DNA from: Eremomyces bilateralis CBS 781.70
Lineage: Eukaryota
Assembly (NCBI GenBank): GCA_010015585.1
Contig: ML975155.1
Strand: one strand, 5' to 3'
Length of the DNA stretch: 64,000 nucleotides
The notes below the pieces were generated by a model that saw only the letters and a program-made list of their open reading frames with translations, was not told the DNA's origin and did no database searches. Both the position numbers and the translations under genes were made by a program. Below, one piece after another: positions 36,337-49,646 of this stretch (the stretch's first letter is position 1; each line of letters starts with the position of its first letter).

Positions 36337-38857
36337 GGTCGAAGGCGATGCGCGCGACGTGGGACTGCCGGTCGATAGAGGTCGTAAAATTCGATGAGCG
36401 ATTTCCGAGTTGTGAGGGTCCCGAAGATGACACTATACGATGAGGGCACCGACAGTCTAGGGTTGCAACAAAGGTACAAATCCGATGGAATCGTCCCTGG
36501 CGACCGTAGTGGTCGGATCTTCTGGTTTTGCGATGTGATGGCTGGGTTGCCAACCAGGGCTGGCGGCTGAATACTCTTGGTGTCGGCGCCTCGGCGGGCG
36601 GGAAGAGAGGAGAGCGAGCAGCAGAGGATGGATTTTGCAGACCACGGCGACAGATGACGATGGAGGCGACTATGAAGCGGGTGGAGAGCAGAGCGGCAAA
36701 GGCAATGCGGGAGATGGAGATGGGGATGGTAAGATCAGGATGGATGGGAGCACGAGGTTAAGGATTCTTGGAGATCGGGGAGAGGAGAGGTGAGAGGAAT
36801 TATGAGCGACTCAGTCGGAGAAGGCGAGGATCTGACCGTAGCGGCGGTTGCATTGTGTTTGGTTGCTAACCAGCTCAGCAGCTAACCAGTAACCACTATT
36901 AACCAGCCCACTAATAAGCGCCTAATAAGGGAAGTTGGAGTCTGGTATTATTCCGCATCCTGTACCCATCGGCCACCACCCAGGGCTGTCCCCGGCGGTG
37001 GTGGTGCCCATGTCCCGGCTATACTGTAGTGTTCGTGCCCCTGCCTGGCGCCTCCCTGTGCAACGTGCATGTGGCGTTAATCGGGCCCTTATCTTGGCTT
37101 AGCTTGGTGCTGGTGGGGACTGGCGTTGCGGCTGCCGCCTCCAGAGTGCAGCACAGAGCACTGCAGCAGGTGCATGCAGCATGCAGCACAGTGTGGTCTG
37201 TGTAACATGAAGACATGGGGTGCGATAGAGTGGAACAACGCATGGGCCAGTGGGGTTCTCATGCAGTTCATCTTTCCTGTACGGAACAGAAGCTACAAGG
37301 GGGGCCCTGCTGTGCCTTAGCCATGGGCCTGTTACGCTTCTCGTTGCTGCCCTGGCACATGCAAAGGAACACTGCAGCACTGAAACCGACATGGGACTGA
37401 TGGGACTGAACTCTGCTGCAGCTTAAAGTAAAGACGGGAAAGTGGCCGAGTGGGGCCAAGGTAGGAAACTGAATTGTGAATAAAAAGCAACGGAGCAACG
37501 AACTGCAGACTGGGAGATGGGAGACTGCTGTCATGTGTGGAGATAACCCAGCGTTAGCGCCAGTGGGACTGCCGACAAGCGAGAGACACAACGGAGAGCT
37601 GCAGCAGGGAGGGGGAAGAGCGGAGGTGCATCGAGCAGGGCCTCTACTATGTAGTCGCCTAACGCTCCAGCCACCCTGCCCGGCCTGGCCAGCATCAGTG
37701 AATAATAAAATAATCACCTTACGGAAGTATTCCCGTCCTTACTTTGCTTTAACGGATAATATATAGGTAGATACACTGCATATATGCAGTTCCTGCTCAA
37801 GCAGACCTGATCTATCATCCCATGCTCCCATGCGAGTTGCCATCCGAACACCCACTCTGAGATCCCTATCCTCAGCCCATTGCTTACATTACGTGCAGAT
37901 AAGAGCCAGACGCGTGGATGCTGATAGAAGGTTCGGGACAGGATCATCTAGTCCTCACTTAACTCAAATTCGTCAGCTTGCTATTTCCCTGTTGAAATCG
38001 ATCCACCAGGTTTGCGATCTTCTCGTGCTCGAATTACATCCCTGGGATGGACAAAGGATGCTCCTCCGAGGCGTGATATGGTGATTGCATGCTGCTACCC
38101 GCAAGCCGTTGTGAAGCGATCAAGCGGTGCAACCCGAGTCCATCCATCTCACACGCGAACTGCCGGAATAACTGGTGCTTCCCACGTCTCTTTGGGAAAT
38201 GCGGATTATAATATGGAATATAATAAGCGTCAGACGCTACAATCCCCAAGGTCCCCGCCCGATTTAGGTTGCTCGCCTCCTGGTTGCCACCAGACCAGCC
38301 CTGCCGTGCAACCATTATTGTCATTGGCCTCGAATCATCCGAAACTCGACAGGAAACTTTTGGCCCCGTTACACCGCATCGCTGGCTGATGAAGCATGCA
38401 AATCGGACCGTTGCCAGCAATCAGCCACGCCCGATTCCAACCAATCGAGAATTTGTTGGGCTCTGATTCACTAGGGATGGGAGTACAAGGGGCATAATAA
38501 GAGATATTACCTATTGCTGTCCACCTACGAAGTCCGATGTTCTCAAGGTGTGTCACTTACAACTTCTGACCTCTAAGTCACAGTCCGGTATCATATCATG
38601 CTGTGATATCAATTGATGTGGTTGGCAGCCCTGGGAGCCTGGCGTAGCGAGGGACGGGGATAGCTCGACGCTAGCTCGGCTGGTACCGGATGGCTGGTAC
38701 CCCTGATTGGTATAATTCCAGCACTCTAACCCCCCGACCAACGCTCCTCCAAAGTCCACCTCACTTGCTGCACCTAGAAAGTAGAAAGTCACGATCTGAT
38801 ATTGCGATGGATTAGGAAATCCCATTCAAATTATAACGGCAGGTAGAGGATTCTTCC

Positions 38858-38950
38858 ACGTCATCATTTCCTTTGCCGTTTCTTCGTCATGAACTTGTCG
38901 GCTACCACATGTGTCCAGCAAGAGCTCGGATTGGTTGAACGGTGACGTAA
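38858..38950. promoter_or_regulatory. Two CRE/ATF-type sites upstream of trehalose synthase
   Basis: ACGTCAT 38858-38864 and TGACGTAA 38943-38950. Confidence 0.4.
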
Positions 38951-39397
38951 TTCCTCATCAGGTTCACAAACAGGGAGGGAGCAAACGAGAATGCAAGCAA
39001 GAACGGAGTACAGAAGTCTGAAGACGTATACCAGCAAACCAACGATGAATGATCTTAAATCTCCCCATTGTCACAACTGGACTGAACTCATCTATAACTC
39101 CATCTTCCAGCTTCCACTCCCAGGCAGTGTCCAATTGCCCTTGACTGCAGTGTGATATCACCATCTAAATATCCTGGCTGGTGATGTCACGATTCTCTTG
39201 ATATTCCAAGCACATTCCTCACTACGTAACTGACCAAGTAACTGACCAGGTGCGAGGTACCTCACTTTCGTTCGGAAATTCGGATTGTTGTCATACTGCC
39301 TCCTTACTTACCAGAGGATATCCAGTTTACATCAGGGCCAAGTTGCAACGGATCGTTCCAGTGACTGTAATACCATCCTACCTCTGCCTGAGTAATC

Positions 39398-41974
39398 ATG
39401 GACTCAAAGCATGCATTCCACTTTGCAGAGGATGCATTGCATCGTGCCGAAGAGACAGTTCATCACCCCCAATCGGCGGCGGCGCGTTTGCGGCACCATT
39501 CCTGGCCCATCACTGCAGCCATCAGTCTGAAGAAGGGGGCCACTCGCCACCACTTTCAGGCAGTGACGTCGGTCAAAACACGCGAAAGACAGCTCCAAGC
39601 GGTGCGAGAGGAGAAAGATTGGGGGTACGAGCTTCATGTAATTCCCCACCCAGTCTATGCCACCCTCTTCAGAGTCAATGAGACTTACGTGTCTGCCAGC
39701 CACTCTACCTCGGTCTCGCTGCGGCATACACGGAGAATGGCCAGCTCGAGCTTGGTGTTGCCATGCACGATGGAACCTACAGCATCGATTTCTCCGTGCA
39801 GACGGTCTCGGTCGGGAGCGGGGAGCTATCGATCGAGCATGACAAACAGAATGACAAGCAGAATGACAAGCAGAATGACAAGCAGAATGACAAGCAGAAT
39901 GACAAGCAGAATGGCTCTGCAACCCCGGTCCTAGAAAAAGTCAATATCAACCATGCATTGGGCGACTACATCGTTAGTATCGTCCAGGAATACATGGAAA
40001 AACATACCGCGAAATTCATCGGAGCGGGAATCACTCGCAAGTTGGCCGTCATTTGTCCCCAACTGTCCGCACGCCTGTGGGCGGAGCTGGACACGGTTCC
40101 TATGGTGTTCCGCCGTGGTGTCGACCAACCCTACCAGGAGATGGAAGAATCCCAGGATATTTTCACCGTCGACGAGGAGGCCGACTCCATGGCGAGGAAA
40201 TGCCTAATGTACGTCCCATCCGCCAGGCTGGCATTCATGCTGATCGACGCGTAGGTTCTTTGGCCCCAACCTCCAACCGCGAGTGCAAGTCGGCTTCAGG
40301 AACCGGGTTTTGGTCGATGTCGGCGGCGATGCGCAAATCTCGCGACTGGGGGAATATGAAACCGGTGTGGGTGATCGTACGTGGCAGACGCTCATGCACT
40401 ACGTTCGCTCGCTGCAATCGCGCTCGGTCAAGATCGCGTTCTTCAACAGCACCCCCCAAGGAGGTGGAGTTGCTTTGATGAGGCATGCTCTCGTTCGGTT
40501 CTTCCGCGTGATTGGAGTGCAATGCGATTGGTAAGTTCCGTCCGCTACCGCTCGACCGTACTGATTGCTGCGCAGGTATGTCCCGAAGCCAAAGCCAGAA
40601 GTCTTTCGGATTACGAAGACCAACCATAACGTAGGTAGAGGATACTTCCATGCCAATGTAATCTACTGACTCGGTTTGCCATAGATCCTCCAAGGCGTTG
40701 CTGACCCTCACGAACGCCTCACAAGGGAACAAATCGCAATGTTGGATGAGTGGACGGGAACCAATGCGGAAAGATACTGGATGGGTCCCGACCGACCGTT
40801 AGCCGCTCGGTCTGCCGGTGGTGCGGATGTGATCGTGGTCGACGATCCGCAAATGCCCAGCCTTGTGGATTTGTCGAAGGCGATTGATCCCGATCGTCCT
40901 GTCATCTTCCGCAGCCACATCCAAGTCCGGGCGGACCTCGCGGACACGCGGGGAACCCCCACTTCCGAGGTGTGGAATTGGGTCTGGAACCACGCCAAGA
41001 AGGCGGACGTTTTCATCAGCCATCCGGTACGGCAGTTTGTGCCTGCGTCCGTCCCGATCCATAAGGTTGGGTACATGCCCGCCACGACCGACTGGCTCGA
41101 TGGCCTGAACAAGCACATGAACGTGTTCCACTCACGATACTACATCCATGAGTTCAACACGGAGTGCTATCGTCAACGGATGAACAAACTCGACTACCCC
41201 TCCCGGCCATACATCGCGCAAATTGCGCGCTTCGATCCGTCCAAAGGCATCCCCGATGTGCTCGCATCGTATGCTCTCGTCCGACGGAAGTACCTCCCGG
41301 AAGACTTTCCGGCAAACAAGGTCCCTCAACTCGTCATCGCTGGCCATGGCGCGGTCGACGACCCCGATGCCACACGCATCTACGACGAGACCCTCTCCGC
41401 GCTTGACAAGGATTACCCCGACCTCAAGAAGGACGTCGTGGTGCTCCGCGTCCCCCCGGTCGACCAGCTGCTGAACACCGTCATGGCGCATGCATCCATC
41501 GCGTTGCAGCTGTCCACACGTGAGGGCTTTGAGGTGAAGGTGTCGGAGGCGCTGCACCACGAAGTACCGATCATCGCCACGCGGGCCGGCGGCATCCCGC
41601 TGCAGGTGGAGGATGGGAAGTCAGGATATCTCGTCGAGACGGGCGACGTCGAGGCGGTGGCCAAGCACCTGGCGCGGCTGATCACCCACGATCAAAGGCG
41701 CCAGGAGATGAGCGAGTACGCGGCGAAGAGCGTGAGCGATGAAGTCGGAACGGTGGGGAATGCGCTCTCATGGGCGTATCTGGCGGATACCTTGAGCAAG
41801 GGCGAAAAGATCGAACCGAATCTGCGATGGATCAACGATATGGCGCGGGAGAAGGCCGGGTTCCCCTATGAGGAAGGAGAGAAGCGGCTGCCGAGAATGG
41901 AGAGCTTGAAGGCGAAGAATCCATTCGGTGACCAGGCGAATTGCGTGGAGTGCGGGAAGTCGGATTGTGAGTGA
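39398..41974 (+). CDS. Trehalose synthase/phosphorylase (GT4, ccg-9-like), multi-exon
   Basis: [49 protein letters not shown]. Confidence 0.93.
39841..39912 (+). repeat. Coding 12-bp tandem repeat (GACAAGCAGAAT)x6 encoding (DKQN)6
   Basis: Read directly; the first unit has one substitution. Confidence 0.97.
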
Positions 41975-42591
41975 ACGAGGACGGGAAAACTCGGTTTCGA
42001 GTTCTCGGTTTGAGGGTTGCGCACTGCAGTCTTATCCATGGTAGAACTAGATCCTCGCAGCCATAACCAAGGTCGTGGATATGCCACCGAGCTAGCTTAC
42101 AGCACAGCAGTCAATAATATTACAGCACTAGCCTATATCCGATTGATATTTTGAATGCCTGTGCATGCCGTCTGAGTTGAAGAGACCCGGCTGTTCATGA
42201 TGGGTAGAAGTGCATGGTGGCCAACTCTGTCGCAGTAGAGGCGGATGTCGTCGGAGTGAGGGTCGGAGTCCCCGCCGCATTTCTCTCCGTCGTTCGGAGA
42301 GAGAGCGAAAGTGGTCGGGTGAGTTTGAAGGTTGATTGACGATTCCAACGATTGATTCTAGTCATGACACAGATCGGATGACTTCTGGCAGATCAAGCAA
42401 GAATGCCTAGTATTGGTAACCATCTTCCAGGCTGACAATATCTCCACTTGATAAGCCCGGTATGGTGGTTGGGTAGATTTATGTACGACAGGAAAGGAAA
42501 ATGACAAGAGTGATCGCGGGATGAATCCCACCAACCACTAGTACTTAATATATCTCATAGTTAGCGCATAGAGTACAAGATATAGCGTACA

Positions 42592-42725
42592 AGATACAGA
42601 CTATGAGATACAGACTATGAGATACAGACTATGAGATACAGACTATGAGATACAAACTATGAGATACAGACTATGAGATACAGACTATGAGATACAGACT
42701 ATGAGATACAGACTTGAGATACAAA
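42592..42725. repeat. 14-bp minisatellite (AGATACAGACTATG) about 9.5 copies
   Basis: Read directly; one substituted unit, one 13-bp unit, degenerate 14-mers just upstream. Confidence 0.97.
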
Positions 42726-43569
42726 GTACTCAGTATAGGATGCAAATGCAAATCCATGCACAGCAATGTGAAATTGCAACAAGATTAATAATATTAAGGC
42801 CGCGTCTCACCGCCCACCTTTCAACCAGAGTCCTTTCCGGACTCCGATCCCATCACTCCATTTCCGATTTATCAGATCATCTCGGCGCGATCTCCTTTCT
42901 TTCCCCCATCGAACGTTAAGGGTTGGTCCACGCTAAGAAAGTTGTGTCCAATGTCTATCCAGGTGCACCAATCACAATCTGAACTGTGCGAGGGCAGGGC
43001 AGTGATTGGCAGTCATATTCATGCAAAGGGCGAACTAGGGAAAAAACCACGCACGGCAATCGAGATTCCGAGATGGCAATAGTCACATCATATCTACATA
43101 GTAAACCTCCTCCGCCGCATCTCCTCTCTCCAGTCTACCGTCGACACTCGACACTCGACACTCACGTTCCTTTGCAGTCAGAGATCAGTGGGACAGGCCA
43201 GTGAGCCAGTGACAGTGAGTGACGACCCGCATTTCCATTTGCCGCTCTCCGGCCTTGCTTCTTAAATCCGTCTTCAATACTTCGGACCGGTACTTACTTG
43301 GAGTTCCGTTTAGTACTTCGTCTCTGTGACGCTCTAGGACTTAAGCAGAGGATACTCGACCGATTGGTTTCATCCTCGACCCTCCCTCTCTCCCATCTCC
43401 AACTTCTATCTAGGAGTCCCGATTGTCGGAACCGACGGAATCTAAGGGATCCACGAGGGAATTGAGAAATTCCGCGATATCCCGTTACGAATCTGAACAC
43501 CGCCCACTAGAGAGCGTCCACCCATCGCCCACGGCGATCGAAATCGACCAATTGGTCCTCTAAGCCATC

Positions 43570-44771
43570 ATGGATATCGTCCTCGAGTTCTTCGACCGCT
43601 ACGTCCTCGACCGAGTCTACGCCGCGTGCCTACCCGCACCCCCCGAAGTGCTCGCCCATCATTCTCTCTCCGGAGTTGGCTACAATGCCTCCCTCGGTGC
43701 CGACGGCGCATCGTCTCCGTACAATTATCAATTCACCCCCGCCAGCAAGTACATATCGTTCGAGCCGACCCCGTGGGCATATATGAGTCGGTGGCCGAGA
43801 GACAATGTTTGGCGGCAGGCGTTGAGCCTGTTTATGATCACATGGTAAGGTTTCTCGGGCTTCGTCGTCCTATTGTACATTGGGATGCTGCAGAAATCCT
43901 AGAGCTTCAATGCTAACCCAATCCTTCGCAGGATATTCGGTTACGTCCTCTACTTCGGCTTCGCCTCCTTTTCCTATTACTTCATCTTCGACAAAGCGAC
44001 GTTCAAGCACCCAAAATACCTTAAACACCAAATTTCCCTGGAGATCAAGCAAGCGCTCACGGCCATCCCTTTCATGGTTCTCCTCACCTGCCCCTGCTTC
44101 CTCGGCGAAGTGCGCGGCTATTCAAAAATGTACGACACCAACGCCGACGGGCCGGGAACGTGGTACAACATCCTTCAATTCCCCCTCTTCATCCTGTTCA
44201 CCGACTTTTTCATCTACTGGATCCACCGCGGGCTCCACCATCCGTTGGTGTACAAGCGCTTGCACAAGCCGCATCACAAGTGGATCATGCCGACGCCGTA
44301 CGCCAGCCACGCCTTCAACCCGCTCGATGGCTTCGCGCAGAGCATCCCGTACCATGTGTATCCGTACATCTTCCCGTTGCAGAAGTGGGCGTACGTAGTG
44401 CTGTTCGTGTTCATCAACATCTGGACTATCATGATCCACGATGGAGAGTACGCGACCAATTCGCCCGTCATCAACGGCGCGGCGTGCCACACCGTAAGTT
44501 TGGAACGTTCTTTGATCAGGCAAGGCCACTAACCGGTCGTCAGATGCACCACCTCTACTTCAACTACAACTACGGCCAGTTCACCACCCTGTGGGATCGC
44601 CTCGGCAACTCGTACCGCAAGCCCAACATCGAGCTCTTCTACCGCGAGACGAAGTTCGGCAAGGCAGAGTGGACGCGCCAGACCAAGGAGATGGAGACCA
44701 TCGTCAAGGAGGTGGAGGGCGAGGACGATCGGAGTTACGAGGAGAAGGTCAAGGAGAAGAAGGTCAAATGA
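43570..44771 (+). CDS. ERG3: C-5 sterol desaturase, 2 introns
   Basis: MDIVLE start; His boxes [30 protein letters not shown]. Confidence 0.97.
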
Positions 44772-45487
44772 ACTGCCTACCAGAGAGGAGATCTTATGCA
44801 AGGCGGATTGAGCGCGTGAATTGAATGAAGATGTACGAAAGCGCGTGGTGGAAACAGCCGGGGCATTGGGCCGAGAAACATGGGTTGGTATTTGTCGCAG
44901 AGCTGCAGCGGTTCACTAGTGTCTGTCCAGATGTCCAGGCTGGCTTGCATGCGTCGTGGGTGCGGATATCAGATCGACCCACCTCACCTGTGTTGAGCAA
45001 GTGTTGAGTAAGTGTTGAATGTCGGACGGCGTCCTTGTGATAAAAAAATTATAATGTGTAATTGATATCAGGGCTTCGCGGCTCGGCAAAACATACCCCT
45101 CTCCGCAATCAACCTGTACACGCATAATGATCAAACACATGACGATCTCCATGCTGTAGATGGTTCTATTAGTTCGAACCCTTGTAGCTGTACCAATATT
45201 CTTATGTACAGCGCATGAACTCCCGTCATGAAGCGTCCCCCTGAAGCCGCAACTTGGTTCCCGTGGACCGATGAATCCCGCGCCGTCGCTATGATGAATC
45301 CTATAACAAGTCCCGTAGGATATAGACCCGAAAGAACCGACCGAACGCCCCGTCAAATTTGCAGGCCGTTGAACCCCGCACACCCCGCCATCGTCAGTCG
45401 TGTTATTGGCCCCTGACGTTCTTAACAAACCCCCTATATGAAATCTACCTCCGTCCTTCCTGGAAGCAACGACGTATGCTACCGTCT

Positions 45488-47590
45488 CTACCGCAGAGAA
45501 TCCAGGCCCCCCAAACTTCGAATAAATTCTTGCTGCTCCTCTATCGAAGGCCGGCGGGGTATGGTGTGCCCGTAGCGCCCGCGATCCGGACTCATCGAAT
45601 TCCCCAGCGCGTCGGAGGTGCCGGATCCGCCGTAGCCATTCGATCGTCCCGACCCGGAAGCGTGTGGGGCAGGACGATACGCAGACGGGTTGGTCTGGCT
45701 AGTCGACGAACCATATGCGGGTCTCGGACCGGCGTTGAAGTTGAAAGCCGCGGACGAAGGGCTGAAGCTGGAGTTGGCTGCAGCGCCTCCGGGCGGCGTG
45801 GTGGGCCTAGGAATCGAGAACGAGAAATTGGATGGGAGAGTCTGCCGGCTCGACTTGGAGTTGCTGCTGCTTAAGAAGAGAGGGTTAGAGAGAAAGTTGG
45901 TAGGCCCAGAGTTGCTCCCTACTGCATCGGTTTGCCTTCGTTTCCGCGGCCTTTCCCCTTCCTCATCGGAGCTCAGTGTGAGATCGACCACATCGCGCCT
46001 CTTGCTTGCCGAGCTGGTGGTCCCGTTCGCCCGTGATGTTCCCCTGATTGCCGGAGCGTTGGGTGTGGTGGCGGACCCAGATCGAGGCGAGAACGGTGGA
46101 GTTCGGAAGACGGACATGGGAGTCGACGTCGTCTCGGACTTGAGGTTGCTGATTGCTCGCGAAGGTACGACTTCGATGTCGCTGTCATTATCGCTGTAGC
46201 CATCATCGTACCCGTTCAACTTGCGGAGGCCCGGAGACTCCTGCTGCGAGTGGTTCTGGGCGTCAGCGGAACGGGATGACCATTCTCCGTTCGGCTCGAT
46301 GGTGACTTGGTCCAGGGATTTTGGAGTGTCCTTCAGAATCTCTTGAACATATTGATCGACAGCAAGATCGTCGAACTTGATGTTCTTGGAACAGATGGGG
46401 CAACTCCACGTCGGAGCCTGTTCTTGCAGCTGCAGAAACGACGTTATATCGAAGCATCGGAAGTGGGAACAGACCGTCGACCGGCAAGGAGTTTGGATCC
46501 GGAGCGTCGAGATCGGGTCTTTGAGAGACATGACGGATGACGTGAAGTTGATATCGGGGTCCTTCGCCTTGGCGTTCATCTCTTTCAGCGTTTGCTGTTT
46601 CGAGATGATTGCGCGAGCTTTGATGATGCTCGCAAGGTCGGTAGCCGAATAGGCTTTGACCAGATAGGGGAACAACACGAATTTCTTCGTCAGGTCAGCA
46701 GCCGTGAGATTGGGTCGGATTTGTCCGCTTACTTTGTGAGTGGTCGCGTACGTGACATCGATGGTGTTTCGATATGCGGGCATCTTGCGAACGAAGCGAG
46801 TGATGTCGGCTGGTTTGGTGGTCCCCGGCTTGCCCTTAATTCCCTTGAAGTTTCCCTTGACCTCATCATGATTGATGCGAACTTCAAACGAACTGGGAAA
46901 AGCAACGTCGGTCGCCATGAACACATCGGGATTGGCCGCCCCAAACAGCATGATTCGGTATTGGTCCTCGTTGGTCTTCATTTTATCAAGGGTTTGACTC
47001 GTGAGGACTAGCGTGGAGCTGACCGTCCTCTTGTATTCGGGCAGAGTTGGCAGCTCTATGGGGACACCGATTTGTTCGATAATGTCAAAAAACGGGCTGG
47101 GTTTGAAGCTGTAGAGCATCTGCCGGAAACTCATGGCTCCGTTATCGGTTGAAGGATATGCGATCGGTCGACCGGTGGAAGTGGAAGTCTGGTGAGGCCT
47201 CGACGGGAAGGCGGTGCTGCCGTTGGATTGATTCAACGTATCGCCGTTGCCAAAGTCGACGGTATATGGAGGCGATTGCCCGCGATGTAACAAGCGATAG
47301 CGGATCCGCTCGAACATGGCCGTATCATGGCGATTGATGGCGGTTTGGAGGGCTAAGACAATAAAAGATCCATATTCAGCTGTGTTCTTCAGGCTTAAAT
47401 CGTCAAGTTATAACCTACCCTTCGTCACTCGGGCCTGCAGGATGGGCTTGGTTCCTGACACCAGCTCCTTCTCTGCCCGGCAAATGGCCTTGAGCTCATT
47501 ATTCGTAAGCGTGCCCATACGATTGTAGAGCTGTTCGACCTCCGCGGAGGAAGCAGGCGGTGGAAGTTGATTCCTCATGGTTCCGCTCAT
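45488..47590 (-). CDS. SIZ1: PIAS/Siz SUMO E3 ligase (SAP, PINIT, SP-RING)
   Basis: SAP LTNNELKAIC..VSGTKPIL; KGKPGTTKPADIT; SLKDP...PCRSTVCSHFRCFD...WSCPIC; SIM VVDLT. Confidence 0.92.
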
Positions 47591-48436
47591 CGGGCAGAGA
47601 GAAGTGCGCGGGCGGTTCAGTCGAGTTGTGGTGGATGGTGGGAGGCGGGATGGCGAAATGAGGATAAAGACATGAGCAAAGGAGCGAATGCGTTCGAGTG
47701 GAGATATGAGTTATGGGTTACTCCGATGGATGGAGAGCTGGGTGGTTGGACAGCGAAGTGAAGGGCAGAAGGCTAGTAGTAGGACGAGTGTGGGAGGATG
47801 GTGAGAGTGAAAGTGAAGCCTGAAGGGTGGGAAGTCGATGATGCGTGGGACGAGTAATGCCGGGTATTAAAGGCTTGCAATTACTAGCAATGCCGGAAAT
47901 TCCAAGGACATGGCTTATTATAATCCAACGCCTGGGCCTACCCTTCTTTCACTTTATCTTGTAATGCCTTTTATGATTCCTACTGCAGCCTTCATGACGG
48001 GAATGAATGCCGGTGGTTCGTGGCTTAAGTAGCAAACCCTATCCGGATGCGATTAGTACCTACGGGACTCACCTCATTGGGTTCGTTCAGTACAAGAATG
48101 ACCAGAGGCATTGGAATCCTTTCGAGTAGAATGTGACAATTGAATCCGAGATCATTACGGAGTAATCTTCGTAATATTCCAAGCCTCTATGCTGCGGTTC
48201 AACCCACTGTGCACATCAGACGATACTTTAGTGAGAGACATTTGGCCTTGACGCCTGATTTATGAGGCACCAACGCATTTTTTTGGAGAGCACCAGCAGG
48301 GCGCTCACTGAGTGAATGGAATGAAAAATCCATCCATCAAATCGTATCAACTGAATATCGAAAAGTCAATCACATCCAAAAAATCCCCCATATAGCTAAC
48401 ACCCTTATTATTCAACTGGTCCCCTCATAATTCATC

Positions 48437-49015
48437 ATGGCCAAATCTCTACGCTCACGTTCCGCCAAGGCCCAGAAAACACAGTTGAGGAGAAGGGTTT
48501 TCGGTCCGGTGGAAGAAGAGCGAATTGCTCGTTTGTCGGCGGCTCAACAGGAACTGGCGGGCCAGAAGATCGAATCCCCGAAAATGGATATCGACGAGGA
48601 GAAGGAATCCGAACAGTCTGCTGCCGCAGAGGTCGCCGCAGACCCCGATGCAGAAGGTACGTGATCACTCCCAGTTCGTGCTTTTTCTCTCCAAGGGCCT
48701 GATGTCACGAATCCGTTGCCCTTGGAAGATTCTGATATTACATTCGGCTTTCAAAATGGCCTACGGATCGCTATATCATAATCTTTGCACGGTCTTTTGA
48801 GCGCTATCCCCTGATTATTCCGAGCCATCCTTTCATGGTGCTGATTGTGATCGATTTTAGTTATGGATGTGGACGAAGACTCTTCAAAACCAACGAAGAA
48901 GTCTCAACGGAAAACATCCAGGATTTCGAAGCCTCACAAAAAGAGGAGGTCGAAGTCGGCCATTCGCTTTCCATCCATGAAGAAGTCCAAGAATGACAGG
49001 ATTGGCCGAGCATGA
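48437..49015 (+). CDS. DUF2423 / YBL028C-like basic nucleolar protein, 1 intron (48657-48860)
   Basis: MAKSLRS...LRRRVFGPVEEERIARLS; Lys/Arg-rich second exon. Confidence 0.8.
48699..48814 (+). ncRNA. Candidate intronic box C/D snoRNA
   Basis: CTGATGT (imperfect C), CTGA 48732-48735 (D'), CTGA 48811-48814 (D) preceded by TTGAGCGCTATCC, complementary to LSU rRNA GGAUGGCGCUCAA (recalled). Confidence 0.4.
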
Positions 49016-49646
49016 TGATGCCAACGACTTCAGGAGTTCAGAAGACCCGATTACCGCCTATCAACCAGCGTGATGGTTAGTACTACTTCTCCACGTTGAA
49101 GTTATGAGATAGCACGGTGTCGCTCGTTGGCAGGGATGACTATGGCTAGCATCGAAGGAACTGCGACGCTGAAGTTTTATGATGTGGATGCGATTCACCA
49201 GCTATGATCGGGGCCAAATACGAATCATGCTGTCACAGCAAGAGACCAATGCCCGGCATCGACCTGTCAAACTTCGGTCTTTAGAGGCAGGCTCGGACAG
49301 AATCAACCAACTTGGGACGTAGAGTCTCGTGTGTCAAACATATATGAACGGAATGGTCACCAGGCTGGATGCATGACGGATTGTGATGGGACGACACGCG
49401 ATGGGATTTCATAGTCGACACAATGTAGACCACACCATATCGAACAAGTCTTACAGTTCTACTATGTAAACTAGAATTTTAATGACGTTGTCCCAAGGTT
49501 CACATAGCGCATCAAATATCTTAAAAGTTAAAACAATACCGCGACATTTGGACCACAAAATGCTCCTCATAGCTAACCAAATCAGGCAGCTTCAACATCG
49601 GGATCATACCCACCAGGTTGCAAAATAATCGTACCCTTCTCTCGTC

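Noticed and set aside
39404..39934. ORFs with SACH or SRMT repeats
   Set aside because: Alternate-frame and antisense readings of the DKQN repeat
42592..42725. CRISPR-like array
   Set aside because: Head-to-tail repeats with no unique spacers, no cas genes, eukaryotic context
42860..43100. SREBP or AtrR sites upstream of ERG3 (ATCAGATCAT, GTCACATCAT, CGG-N11-CCG)
   Set aside because: Match only very degenerate consensus sequences; cannot be supported by eye
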